From Escherichia coli (lineage in GTDB: Bacteria; Pseudomonadota; Gammaproteobacteria; Enterobacterales; Enterobacteriaceae): DNA of 64,000 nt. Position 1 is the first letter of the stretch; the number at the start of each line of letters is the position of its first letter. The stretch is taken from assembly GCF_024502345.1 (NCBI RefSeq), contig NZ_JALDNN010000001.1; one strand, written 5' to 3'. Below are positions 9,844-19,373 of the stretch, one piece after another. Under the pieces are notes generated by a model, which did no database searches, was not told the DNA's origin, and worked only from the letters and a program-made list of their open reading frames with translations. The position numbers and the translations under genes were made by a program.

Positions 9844-11018
9844 TTTGTGTGGTCCATAATATTTTTCATGGGAGGATAAATTGAGCCAGATGGAATGGCC
9901 CAGGGAGTGATTTTGCTTTCACCTACTAATATTCCCTTAGCTATTCGTGATTGCATGTTAGTAAAAACTTTATGATATGGTTCGTTTTCGATTAATACTA
10001 AATTTTCGAAATCATTAGTACCACCATCATCTAGAGATAGTTTATGGTGAACATTATAATTTAGAGGAGCATTGCCCTTTCTCATTCTTAAAAGGTCTTC
10101 GGCGTTGAATCTTCCAGATGCTTCGGAGGTTTTTGCAAGTTTGATAAGAAAATTTTTTCTTACAGTTTTATTAAACTCCTTTCGTAAGTTAGCTAAGTCT
10201 TTTGAAGGTCTCTTAATGTATATTATTTCTATTATGTCTATACCATCAAGAAGTTTTTGTTGACCTCTAAGTTTGCCTAAGTAACTATTTATTTCTGTAT
10301 ATGTATCAACATTAGAACGCTTTGTTAAAAGAATAGATGCTGTTGCTATCGCTATGCCCGCTGTTTTTTCATTTAGTATTTGATCATAGCCTTTTATTGC
10401 ATCTCCACCCAGTTTTTCCGCAGTATCTCTGAATCCTTCAATGTTCCCATTGTATACGCCACCAGCAGCAAGTAGCCTGCCAATAGCTTTGCTGTTTAAC
10501 GTTTTGAAACGATTATTTGTTTGGTTTTTTGAATTTGGTAAAAACAAACGGTTATAATTTTCAGGGAGTGCCAAATAGCTGAACTCGGTATTTGCGATAA
10601 GATGTTGACAGAGGATAAATTCATAACTAATAGTTATTGTTTCTGTATCCAGTTGGTTTTCAATGATCTGGTGATGAATAGCCGATAAAAAAGCGCCTCT
10701 TAGTTGTATATAATAATACTTTTCCAATCTACCAAATCTATTTATTCGATAGAAGTCAAATCCCATAAATAATTGTTCATTATTGTTAATGGAATTAATA
10801 AATAATGGAGTGCTTTTATCAATTAATTTACAAAATGTTATACCATGGAACTGTGAACCAAGCCCCGTATTATTAATATTATTTAAGAGTGAGAATGTAA
10901 ATATTTCATCCTCATGCCCGCTCTGCCAACGATTACCTGTAGACTCAGAAGTCCCACAACCTGCGGAGATGCTTCCTTGTTGTTCTCCCGTTACTGTCAG
11001 GTAAACAATATTACTCAT
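9840..11018 (-). CDS. yhhZ: Hcp-family protein with C-terminal HNH/colicin-DNase-like nuclease domain (Hcp-ET type polymorphic toxin, YhhZ)
   Basis: 392 aa. The N-terminal roughly 150 aa (MSNIVYLTVTGEQQGSISAGCGTSE...GHEDEI...) resemble Hcp/T6SS tube protein. The C-terminus carries NVHHKLSLDDGGTNDFENLVLIENEPYHK, matching the HH...GG...D..N...H pattern of colicin E9-type HNH DNases. Low G+C. Confidence 0.85.
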   Translation of the reverse strand: MSNIVYLTVTGEQQGSISAGCGTSESTGNRWQSGHEDEIFTFSLLNNINNTGLGSQFHGITFCKLIDKSTPLFINSINNNEQLFMGFDFYRINRFGRLEKYYYIQLRGAFLSAIHHQIIENQLDTETITISYEFILCQHLIANTEFSYLALPENYNRLFLPNSKNQTNNRFKTLNSKAIGRLLAAGGVYNGNIEGFRDTAEKLGGDAIKGYDQILNEKTAGIAIATASILLTKRSNVDTYTEINSYLGKLRGQQKLLDGIDIIEIIYIKRPSKDLANLRKEFNKTVRKNFLIKLAKTSEASGRFNAEDLLRMRKGNAPLNYNVHHKLSLDDGGTNDFENLVLIENEPYHKVFTNMQSRIAKGILVGESKITPWAIPSGSIYPPMKNIMDHTK

Positions 11019-11250
11019 CCCTGAAAAGTCCTTTTATGGCATGCTATTTTATCAATGGCAATATTATGCTTGTTAATTGTTATTTATTTACTCCAGGAAA
11101 TTGTAGGCGTATATATTAAAAAAATATTACACTTTAGGAAGTAATTATGAGTTAAATCTCAATATATGTATTGGGCAAATAAATACCTTAAAGGAAGGTA
11201 TGTCGATTTTGAATGACACCCTTTTTCCATCTCAGAAAAAGGGCACTATC

Positions 11251-11739
11251 TTACTTCACCCGCGCCATATAATATGCATCGACATATTCACCATTACGCA
11301 ATGCGTACTTCTTACCAGTCCCTTCAATTTCAAAGCCGTATTTTTTATAGACCTTAATTGCCGGGGCGTTATCGACAAACACGGTTAGTTCAATGCGATC
11401 TACCCGCAACCAGTTGTCGCACATTTCAATCATCTCTCGCATCAGGGCGCTGGCGACGCCGCGGTTCTTCCAACGAGAGTCGACACAGATACCAAAATCG
11501 GCAACATGACTGCGGCGTGGGCGCTGTTGCACGTCAATGGTGAGATGGCCCACGACGTCTCCATCAATACAGGCGACGAGTTGCTTGATGCCGGGACGAT
11601 CGGCGAGTCGCTCCTGCCACATATGATCGGAAGGATGAGGCACCTGTAGTGTGTTGCAATACACCTCCGGCTGGGCGTGAATCTGCCTGATGGCCTCGTA
11701 ATCCCGTGTTTCTGCGTGGCGTATTACTATCTCACTCAT
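11251..11739 (-). CDS. yhhY: GNAT-family N-acetyltransferase YhhY
   Basis: ORF track 11251..11817; start reassigned to ATG 11739 (MSEIVIRHAETRDYEAIRQIH...), 162 aa, with a GGA-rich RBS upstream. Confidence 0.9.
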   Translation of the reverse strand: MSEIVIRHAETRDYEAIRQIHAQPEVYCNTLQVPHPSDHMWQERLADRPGIKQLVACIDGDVVGHLTIDVQQRPRRSHVADFGICVDSRWKNRGVASALMREMIEMCDNWLRVDRIELTVFVDNAPAIKVYKKYGFEIEGTGKKYALRNGEYVDAYYMARVK

Positions 11740-11822
11740 TCCTTTGTCCTCTTTGGGGTAAATGTCCCTTTCAACATCATTGACTTTCAAATGCGAGTCA
11801 AATGCATTTTTTTGCAAAAAGT

Positions 11823-11860
11823 GTTGGACAAGTGCGAATGAGAATGATTATTATTGTCTC
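11823..11860 (+). promoter_or_regulatory. ryhB promoter with Fur box
   Basis: ttggacaagtgcgaatgagaatgattattattgtctc lies directly upstream of the RyhB +1; the gaatgagaatgattattatt segment resembles the Fur-box consensus gataatgataatcattatc. Confidence 0.6.
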
Positions 11861-11950
11861 GCGATCAGGAAGACCCTCGCGGAGAACCTGAAAGCACGAC
11901 ATTGCTCACATTGCTTCCAGTATTACTTAGCCAGCCGGGTGCTGGCTTTT
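11861..11950 (+). ncRNA. ryhB: RyhB small RNA (Fur-repressed, iron-sparing response)
   Basis: The 90 nt gcgatcaggaagaccctcgcggagaacctgaaagcacgacattgctcacattgcttccagtattacttagccagccgggtgctggctttt match RyhB as I recall it, ending in a Rho-independent terminator (gccagccgggtgctggc + T9). Lies between yhhY and yhhX as in K-12. Confidence 0.9.
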
Positions 11951-12071
11951 TTTTTGATCTTTCGTTCTCAATTTATCCACGGGAGTGCTTGTGTTCGTTA
12001 TGCGCACTCCAGTAGGAACCACGTCCGCTTTGCGCTAAGGTGTAAATAACCACCTTAAAAAGGACGAAATC

Positions 12072-13109
12072 ATGGTCATCAACTGCGCCTTTATTGGCTT
12101 CGGCAAAAGCACCACCCGTTACCATCTGCCGTATGTACTTAACCGCAAGGATAGCTGGCATGTCGCGCATATTTTTCGTCGCCATGCGAAGCCGGAAGAA
12201 CAGGCTCCCATTTATTCCCATATCCATTTCACCAGCGATCTCGACGAAGTACTAAACGATCCCGATGTTAAGCTGGTTGTTGTCTGCACCCACGCGGACA
12301 GCCATTTCGAGTACGCGAAACGCGCGCTGGAAGCCGGGAAAAATGTGCTGGTCGAAAAACCGTTCACTCCGACACTTGCGCAGGCGAAAGAGCTGTTTGC
12401 ACTGGCGAAAAGCAAAGGGCTGACCGTCACGCCATATCAGAATCGTCGCTTTGATTCCTGCTTCCTGACGGCGAAAAAAGCGATTGAAAGCGGCAAGCTG
12501 GGAGAGATTGTCGAAGTGGAAAGCCATTTTGACTATTACCGCCCGGTGGCAGAAACCAAACCTGGACTGCCGCAGGATGGCGCGTTCTATGGCCTTGGTG
12601 TGCATACGATGGACCAGATTATTTCTCTGTTCGGTCGCCCGGATCACGTCGCTTATGACATCCGCAGCCTGCGTAATACAGCCAATCCTGACGACACCTT
12701 TGAAGCGCAACTGTTTTATGGCGACCTGAAAGCCATCGTCAAAACCAGCCATCTGGTGAAAATCGATTATCCGAAATTTATCGTTCACGGTAAGAAAGGT
12801 TCGTTTATTAAATACGGTATCGACCAGCAGGAAACCAGCCTGAAGGCTAATATTATGCCGGGCGAACCGGGATTCGCAGCGGATGATTCGGTCGGTGTGC
12901 TGGAGTATGTCAATGACGAGGGCGTGACGGTCAGAGAAGAGATGAAGCCGGAGATGGGCGATTACGGGCGCGTTTATGATGCGTTGTATCAAACCATCAC
13001 CCACGGTGCGCCAAATTACGTCAAGGAATCTGAAGTTCTTACCAATCTGGAAATCTTTGAACGCGGATTTGAGCAAGCCTCTCCCTCCACAGTAACTCTC
13101 GCTAAGTAA
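12072..13109 (+). CDS. yhhX: Putative NAD(P)-dependent oxidoreductase (Gfo/Idh/MocA family) YhhX
   Basis: 345-aa ORF; N-terminal Rossmann motif (AFIGFGKSTTRYH); synteny. Confidence 0.9.
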   Translation: MVINCAFIGFGKSTTRYHLPYVLNRKDSWHVAHIFRRHAKPEEQAPIYSHIHFTSDLDEVLNDPDVKLVVVCTHADSHFEYAKRALEAGKNVLVEKPFTPTLAQAKELFALAKSKGLTVTPYQNRRFDSCFLTAKKAIESGKLGEIVEVESHFDYYRPVAETKPGLPQDGAFYGLGVHTMDQIISLFGRPDHVAYDIRSLRNTANPDDTFEAQLFYGDLKAIVKTSHLVKIDYPKFIVHGKKGSFIKYGIDQQETSLKANIMPGEPGFAADDSVGVLEYVNDEGVTVREEMKPEMGDYGRVYDALYQTITHGAPNYVKESEVLTNLEIFERGFEQASPSTVTLAK

Positions 13110-13231
13110 GTTTGATGGCCCCTCGAATAGTTCAATTTTTTTGAACAGAGGGGTCAATTTTCACCCTCTATCATCCCAGGCAGATCGGGTCCACACTAAG
13201 CCCATCGAAATCATTCAGGGGGCGAATACAA

Positions 13232-13927
13232 ATGATCTACTTACGCAAAGCAAATGAACGTGGTCATGCAAATCATGGCTGGCTGGACTCCTGGCATACT
13301 TTCTCTTTTGCCAACTATTACGATCCGAACTTTATGGGCTTCTCCGCGCTGCGCGTGATTAACGACGACGTGATTGAAGCAGGGCAGGGCTTCGGCACTC
13401 ACCCGCATAAAGATATGGAAATTTTGACCTACGTGCTGGAAGGTACTGTTGAGCATCAGGACAGCATGGGCAATAAAGAGCAGGTTCCGGCGGGTGAGTT
13501 CCAGATTATGAGTGCGGGTACGGGTATTCGTCACTCAGAGTACAACCCAAACAGCACCGAGCGTCTGCATCTGTATCAGATCTGGATCATGCCTGAAGAA
13601 AATGGCATTACGCCGCGTTATGAACAGCGTCGCTTCGATGCCGTGCAGGGCAAACAGCTGGTGCTCTCGCCGGATGCGCGAGATGGTTCGCTGAAAGTGC
13701 ATCAGGATATGGAACTGTATCGTTGGGCGTTGCTGAAAGATGAGCAGTCGGTGCATCAGATTGCCGCTGAACGCCGCGTCTGGATCCAGGTGGTGAAAGG
13801 CAATGTCACCATTAACAGCGTGAAAGCCTCGACCAGCGATGGTCTGGCAATCTGGGATGAGCAGGCAATTTCCATCCATGCGGATAGCGACAGCGAAGTG
13901 TTACTGTTCGATCTGCCGCCGGTTTAA
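13232..13927 (+). CDS. yhhW: Pirin-like quercetin 2,3-dioxygenase YhhW
   Basis: 231-aa ORF with a cupin His motif (HPHKDMEILTYVLEG); synteny. Confidence 0.9.
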   Translation: MIYLRKANERGHANHGWLDSWHTFSFANYYDPNFMGFSALRVINDDVIEAGQGFGTHPHKDMEILTYVLEGTVEHQDSMGNKEQVPAGEFQIMSAGTGIRHSEYNPNSTERLHLYQIWIMPEENGITPRYEQRRFDAVQGKQLVLSPDARDGSLKVHQDMELYRWALLKDEQSVHQIAAERRVWIQVVKGNVTINSVKASTSDGLAIWDEQAISIHADSDSEVLLFDLPPV

Positions 13928-13944
13928 AGCTCCACGGCATTTTT

Positions 13945-13968
13945 GAAGCCTGCCTTTTTGCAGGCTTC
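13945..13968. terminator. Hairpin downstream of yhhW (possible terminator)
   Basis: Stem gaagcctgc / gcaggcttc with a T-rich loop; no clear U-tract after the stem on either strand. Confidence 0.35.
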
Positions 13969-14150
13969 CTCGCTCGCTCCGGTCGCGTGCTGATGCACGC
14001 TTCCGGGGTTTTGCCGCGTCGTTAGCACAATGCGATGCAATTGATTTAGTGTATATCTAATAATTGTAAACAAGCACTGTTTTCCCCGGGAAGGTTCTGA
14101 TGCGTCCGTGTTAAACTAAGAGAATCTATCTCTTTTGTACCTTCAGGACG

Positions 14151-15146
14151 ATGAAAAAGAAAAGACCCGTACTTCAGGATGTGGCTGACCGTGTAGGCGT
14201 GACCAAAATGACGGTCAGCCGTTTTTTACGCAACCCGGAGCAGGTTTCCGTCGCTCTACGCGGCAAGATTGCCGCCGCTCTTGATGAACTGGGCTATATT
14301 CCCAATCGTGCGCCCGATATCCTCTCTAACGCTACCAGCCGGGCGATTGGCGTCCTGTTACCTTCTCTCACCAACCAGGTTTTCGCGGAAGTATTACGCG
14401 GAATCGAAAGCGTCACCGACGCGCACGGTTATCAAACCATGCTGGCGCACTACGGTTATAAACCGGAAATGGAGCAAGAACGCCTCGAATCCATGCTCTC
14501 ATGGAATATCGATGGACTGATCCTCACCGAACGTACCCACACGCCGCGCACCTTAAAGATGATTGAAGTGGCGGGGATCCCGGTGGTGGAACTCATGGAC
14601 AGCCAGTCGCCGTGCCTCGATATCGCCGTCGGTTTTGATAACTTTGAAGCGGCACGCCAGATGACCACCGCCATTATTGCTCGCGGGCATTGCCACATTG
14701 CCTATCTCGGCGCGCGTCTCGACGAACGTACTATCATCAAACAGAAGGGATACGAACAGGCGATGCTGGATGCAGGTCTGGTGCCGTATAGCGTGATGGT
14801 TGAGCAATCTTCTTCTTACTCTTCCGGTATTGAACTGATTCGCCAGGCGCGGCGGGAATATCCGCAGCTGGATGGCGTGTTCTGTACCAACGATGACCTG
14901 GCGGTCGGCGCGGCGTTTGAATGTCAGCGTCTGGGATTGAAGGTTCCTGACGATATGGCGATTGCCGGTTTCCACGGTCATGACATTGGCCAGGTGATGG
15001 AGCCGCGGTTAGCGAGCGTGCTGACGCCGCGTGAGCGGATGGGCAGTATTGGCGCTGAACGCCTGCTGGCGCGTATTCGTGGCGAATCTGTGACACCGAA
15101 AATGTTAGATTTAGGTTTCACCTTGTCACCGGGCGGATCTATTTAA
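14151..15146 (+). CDS. gntR: Gluconate operon repressor (LacI family)
   Basis: 331-aa ORF with N-terminal HTH (LQDVADRVGVTKMTVSRFL); synteny with gntKU. Confidence 0.95.
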   Translation: MKKKRPVLQDVADRVGVTKMTVSRFLRNPEQVSVALRGKIAAALDELGYIPNRAPDILSNATSRAIGVLLPSLTNQVFAEVLRGIESVTDAHGYQTMLAHYGYKPEMEQERLESMLSWNIDGLILTERTHTPRTLKMIEVAGIPVVELMDSQSPCLDIAVGFDNFEAARQMTTAIIARGHCHIAYLGARLDERTIIKQKGYEQAMLDAGLVPYSVMVEQSSSYSSGIELIRQARREYPQLDGVFCTNDDLAVGAAFECQRLGLKVPDDMAIAGFHGHDIGQVMEPRLASVLTPRERMGSIGAERLLARIRGESVTPKMLDLGFTLSPGGSI

Positions 15147-15225
15147 GCCTACAAATTTGAAGTAGCTCACACTTATACACTTAAGGCACGGATGGATATT
15201 GCTTCTGATATTGTCCGGCTGGACA

Positions 15226-15254
15226 ATGTTACCGATAACAGTTACCCGTAACAT
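15226..15254 (+). promoter_or_regulatory. GntR operator palindrome upstream of gntK
   Basis: atgttaccgataacagttacccgtaacat is an inverted repeat (atgttac ... gtaacat) of the GntR operator type, about 30 bp upstream of the gntK start. Confidence 0.6.
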
Positions 15255-15284
15255 TTTTAATTCTTGTATTGTGGGGGCACCACT

Positions 15285-15812
15285 TTGAGCACGACTAACC
15301 ATGATCACCACATTTACGTCTTGATGGGCGTATCGGGCAGCGGCAAATCTGCGGTCGCCAGTGAAGTGGCGCATCAACTTCATGCCGCGTTTCTTGATGG
15401 CGATTTCCTCCATCCACGGCGCAATATCGAAAAAATGGCGTCTGGCGAACCGCTGAATGATGACGATCGCAAACCGTGGCTGCAGGCGCTGAACGACGCC
15501 GCGTTTGCTATGCAGCGCACCAATAAAGTGTCGCTGATCGTCTGTTCTGCACTGAAAAAGCACTATCGCGACTTGCTGCGTGAAGGTAATCCGAATCTCT
15601 CTTTCATCTACCTGAAAGGCGATTTTGATGTGATTGAAAGTCGCTTGAAAGCGCGCAAAGGCCATTTCTTTAAAACCCAAATGTTGGTGACGCAGTTTGA
15701 AACGCTGCAGGAGCCGGGTGCGGACGAAACCGATGTGCTGGTGGTGGATATCGATCAACCGCTGGAAGGTGTTGTGGCAAGCACCATTGAGGTTATTAAA
15801 AAAGGCAAATAA
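15285..15812 (+). CDS. gntK: Gluconokinase (thermoresistant), probable TTG start
   Basis: ORF track 15264..15812; recalled GntK starts MSTTNHDHHIYVLMGVSGSGKS, which corresponds to TTG at 15285 (175 aa). P-loop GVSGSGKS. Confidence 0.9.
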   Translation: MSTTNHDHHIYVLMGVSGSGKSAVASEVAHQLHAAFLDGDFLHPRRNIEKMASGEPLNDDDRKPWLQALNDAAFAMQRTNKVSLIVCSALKKHYRDLLREGNPNLSFIYLKGDFDVIESRLKARKGHFFKTQMLVTQFETLQEPGADETDVLVVDIDQPLEGVVASTIEVIKKGK

Positions 15813-15815
15813 GTA

Positions 15816-17156
15816 GTGACTACATTAACGCTTGTTTTAACAGCAGTAGGGTCTGTTTTACTGCTGCTGTTTTTAGTCATGAAGGCGCGTATGCACGCTT
15901 TCCTGGCTTTGATGGTGGTGTCCATGGGGGCTGGCCTTTTTTCCGGTATGCCGCTCGATAAAATCGCAGCGACGATGGAAAAAGGGATGGGAGGCACCCT
16001 CGGCTTCCTGGCGGTGGTTGTCGCCCTGGGAGCTATGTTTGGCAAGATCTTACATGAAACCGGCGCAGTCGATCAGATTGCCGTCAAAATGCTCAAATCC
16101 TTCGGTCACAGCCGCGCGCATTATGCCATCGGCCTTGCGGGGTTGGTCTGTGCGCTACCGCTGTTCTTTGAAGTGGCGATAGTTCTGCTGATTAGCGTTG
16201 CTTTCTCAATGGCGCGCCACACCGGTACGAACCTGGTGAAGCTGGTAATCCCATTATTCGCAGGCGTGGCGGCAGCGGCGGCGTTCCTGGTGCCAGGGCC
16301 AGCGCCAATGCTGCTGGCATCGCAGATGAACGCCGATTTTGGCTGGATGATCCTGATTGGCCTGTGTGCGGCAATTCCGGGAATGATTATTGCCGGGCCG
16401 CTGTGGGGTAATTTCATCAGCCGCTACGTGGAGTTGCATATTCCTGACGACATCAGCGAACCGCATCTCGGCGAAGGCAAAATGCCATCTTTCGGATTCA
16501 GCCTGTCGCTGATCCTGTTGCCGCTGGTGCTGGTGGGGCTGAAAACCATTGCCGCGCGTTTTGTGCCAGAAGGCTCTACCGCTTACGAATGGTTCGAGTT
16601 TATTGGTCATCCGTTTACCGCGATTCTGGTTGCTTGTCTGGTAGCGATTTATGGCCTGGCAATGCGTCAGGGCATGCCAAAAGACAAAGTGATGGAGATT
16701 TGCGGTCACGCGCTGCAACCGGCGGGGATCATTCTGCTGGTGATTGGTGCAGGCGGCGTGTTCAAACAGGTGCTGGTTGACTCTGGCGTAGGTCCGGCAC
16801 TGGGCGAAGCGTTAACTGGCATGGGCCTGCCGATTGCTATCACCTGCTTCGTGCTGGCAGCTGCAGTGCGCATCATTCAGGGTTCTGCCACCGTAGCCTG
16901 TTTAACGGCGGTAGGACTGGTGATGCCGGTTATTGAACAACTGAACTACTCCGGTGCGCAAATGGCGGCGCTGTCGATTTGTATCGCTGGTGGTTCGATT
17001 GTTGTCAGCCACGTTAACGACGCCGGTTTCTGGTTGTTCGGTAAATTTACCGGCGCGACCGAAGCCGAAACGCTGAAAACCTGGACCATGATGGAAACCA
17101 TCCTCGGCACTGTCGGTGCCATCGTTGGGATGATTGCGTTCCAGCTGTTGAGTTAA
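15816..17156 (+). CDS. gntU: Low-affinity gluconate transporter (GntP family), GTG start
   Basis: 446-aa polytopic ORF starting GTG at 15816, 4 nt after the gntK stop. Confidence 0.9.
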   Translation: MTTLTLVLTAVGSVLLLLFLVMKARMHAFLALMVVSMGAGLFSGMPLDKIAATMEKGMGGTLGFLAVVVALGAMFGKILHETGAVDQIAVKMLKSFGHSRAHYAIGLAGLVCALPLFFEVAIVLLISVAFSMARHTGTNLVKLVIPLFAGVAAAAAFLVPGPAPMLLASQMNADFGWMILIGLCAAIPGMIIAGPLWGNFISRYVELHIPDDISEPHLGEGKMPSFGFSLSLILLPLVLVGLKTIAARFVPEGSTAYEWFEFIGHPFTAILVACLVAIYGLAMRQGMPKDKVMEICGHALQPAGIILLVIGAGGVFKQVLVDSGVGPALGEALTGMGLPIAITCFVLAAAVRIIQGSATVACLTAVGLVMPVIEQLNYSGAQMAALSICIAGGSIVVSHVNDAGFWLFGKFTGATEAETLKTWTMMETILGTVGAIVGMIAFQLLS

Positions 17157-17165
17157 GTTTGTTCG

Positions 17166-17196
17166 CCCGGTAGTTGTGACACTACCGGGTTCTTTT
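17166..17196 (+). terminator. Rho-independent terminator after gntU
   Basis: Stem cccggtagt / actaccggg (17166-17174 and 17181-17189), 6-nt loop, then ttctttt. Confidence 0.65.
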
Positions 17197-17212
17197 CGAA
17201 AAACTCTCCTCG

Positions 17213-17806
17213 TTACCCCTTCATCCACATTCGAATGCCGTCGAGGAACATCTGGGTTGCCATCATCACCAGAATCAATCCCATCAGGCGTTCAAGTGCG
17301 TTCACCCCTTTCTCGCCCAGCAGACGTAAAAATAGCGAAGACTGTAGCAGGATGACAAAGGTGCCGCCCCAGGCCAGCAGCAGAGCAATCACCAGATGTC
17401 CCATCTGATTCGGGTACTGATGAGACAACAACATCAGCGTGGCGAGAATAGTCGGCCCGGCGACTAACGGAATTGCCAACGGCACGATAAATGGCTCTTC
17501 ACCTGCCGGAAGCCCGCTGCTATTTCCTGAAGCGCTGGGGAAAATCATCTTAATGGCGATTAGAAACAGAATGATGCCGCCAGAAATGGAGACGGTTTCT
17601 GCTCGCAGGCTGAGAAATGCCAGAATTTTCTCACCCGCAAACAGGAACACCAGCATCACCAGGAGAGCAATAAGCAACTCTCGCACCATGATTGCCCGCC
17701 GTCTTTTCGGTTCAGTATGTTTCAGTACGGACATGAAAATAGGCAGGTTTCCGAGCGGATCCATAATCAGGATCAATAAAACTGCTGCAGAAATGATTTC
17801 ATTCAT
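17213..17806 (-). CDS. yhgN: UPF0056/MarC-family inner membrane protein YhgN
   Basis: 197-aa hydrophobic ORF; synteny between gntU and asd. Confidence 0.9.
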   Translation of the reverse strand: MNEIISAAVLLILIMDPLGNLPIFMSVLKHTEPKRRRAIMVRELLIALLVMLVFLFAGEKILAFLSLRAETVSISGGIILFLIAIKMIFPSASGNSSGLPAGEEPFIVPLAIPLVAGPTILATLMLLSHQYPNQMGHLVIALLLAWGGTFVILLQSSLFLRLLGEKGVNALERLMGLILVMMATQMFLDGIRMWMKG

Positions 17807-17997
17807 AACTCAAATTCCCTGATAATTGCCGCGGACTTTCTGCGTGCTAACAAAGCAGGATAAGTCGCATTACTGATGGCTTCGCTATCATTGATTAATT
17901 TCACTTGCGACTTTGGCTGCTTTTTGTATGGTGAAAGATGTGCCAAGAGGAGACCGGCACATTTATACAGCACACATCTTTGCAGGAAAAAACGCTT

Positions 17998-19101
17998 ATG
18001 AAAAATGTTGGTTTTATCGGCTGGCGCGGTATGGTCGGCTCCGTTCTCATGCAACGCATGGTTGAAGAGCGCGACTTCGACGCCATTCGCCCTGTCTTCT
18101 TTTCTACTTCTCAGCTTGGCCAGGCTGCGCCGTCTTTTGGCGGAACCACTGGCACACTTCAGGATGCCTTTGATCTGGAGGCGCTAAAGGCCCTCGATAT
18201 CATTGTGACCTGTCAGGGCGGCGATTATACCAACGAAATCTATCCAAAGCTTCGTGAAAGCGGATGGCAAGGTTACTGGATTGACGCAGCATCGTCTCTG
18301 CGCATGAAAGATGACGCCATCATCATTCTTGACCCCGTCAATCAGGACGTCATTACCGACGGATTAAATAATGGCATCAGGACTTTTGTTGGCGGTAACT
18401 GTACCGTAAGCCTGATGTTGATGTCGTTGGGTGGTTTATTCGCCAATGATCTTGTTGATTGGGTGTCCGTTGCAACCTACCAGGCCGCTTCCGGCGGTGG
18501 TGCGCGACATATGCGTGAGTTATTAACCCAGATGGGCCATCTGTATGGCCATGTGGCAGATGAACTCGCGACCCCGTCCTCTGCTATTCTCGATATCGAA
18601 CGCAAAGTCACAACCTTAACCCGTAGCGGTGAGCTGCCGGTGGATAACTTTGGCGTGCCGCTGGCGGGTAGCCTGATTCCGTGGATCGACAAACAGCTCG
18701 ATAACGGTCAGAGCCGCGAAGAGTGGAAAGGGCAGGCGGAAACCAACAAGATCCTCAACACATCTTCCGTAATTCCGGTAGATGGTTTATGTGTGCGTGT
18801 CGGGGCATTGCGCTGCCACAGCCAGGCATTCACTATTAAATTGAAAAAAGATGTGTCTATTCCGACCGTGGAAGAACTGCTGGCTGCGCACAATCCGTGG
18901 GCGAAAGTCGTTCCGAACGATCGGGAAATCACTATGCGTGAGCTAACCCCAGCTGCCGTTACCGGCACGCTGACCACGCCGGTAGGCCGCCTGCGTAAGC
19001 TGAATATGGGACCAGAGTTCCTGTCAGCCTTTACAGTGGGCGACCAGCTGCTGTGGGGGGCCGCGGAGCCGCTGCGTCGGATGCTTCGTCAACTGGCGTA
19101 A
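17998..19101 (+). CDS. asd: Aspartate-semialdehyde dehydrogenase
   Basis: ORF track 17938..19101; start set at ATG 17998 ([17 protein letters not shown]...), 367 aa. Confidence 0.95.
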
Positions 19102-19119
19102 TCTTTATTCATTAAATCT

Positions 19120-19137
19120 GGGGCGCGATGCCGCCCC
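19120..19137 (+). terminator. GC-rich hairpin after asd (possible terminator)
   Basis: ggggcg cgatgc cgcccc; weak U-tract. Confidence 0.4.
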
Positions 19138-19373
19138 TGTTAGTGCGTAATACAGGAGTAAGCGCAGATGTTTCATGATTTACCGGGAGTTAAATAGAGC
19201 ATTGGCTATTCTTTAAGGGTGGCTGAATACATGAGTATTCACAGCCTTACCTGAAGTGAGGACGACGCAGAGAGGATGCACAGAGTGCTGCGCCGTTCAG
19301 GTCAAAAAAATGTCACAACCAGAAGTCAAAAATCCAATTGGATGGGGTGACACAATAAAACAGGAAGACAAGC

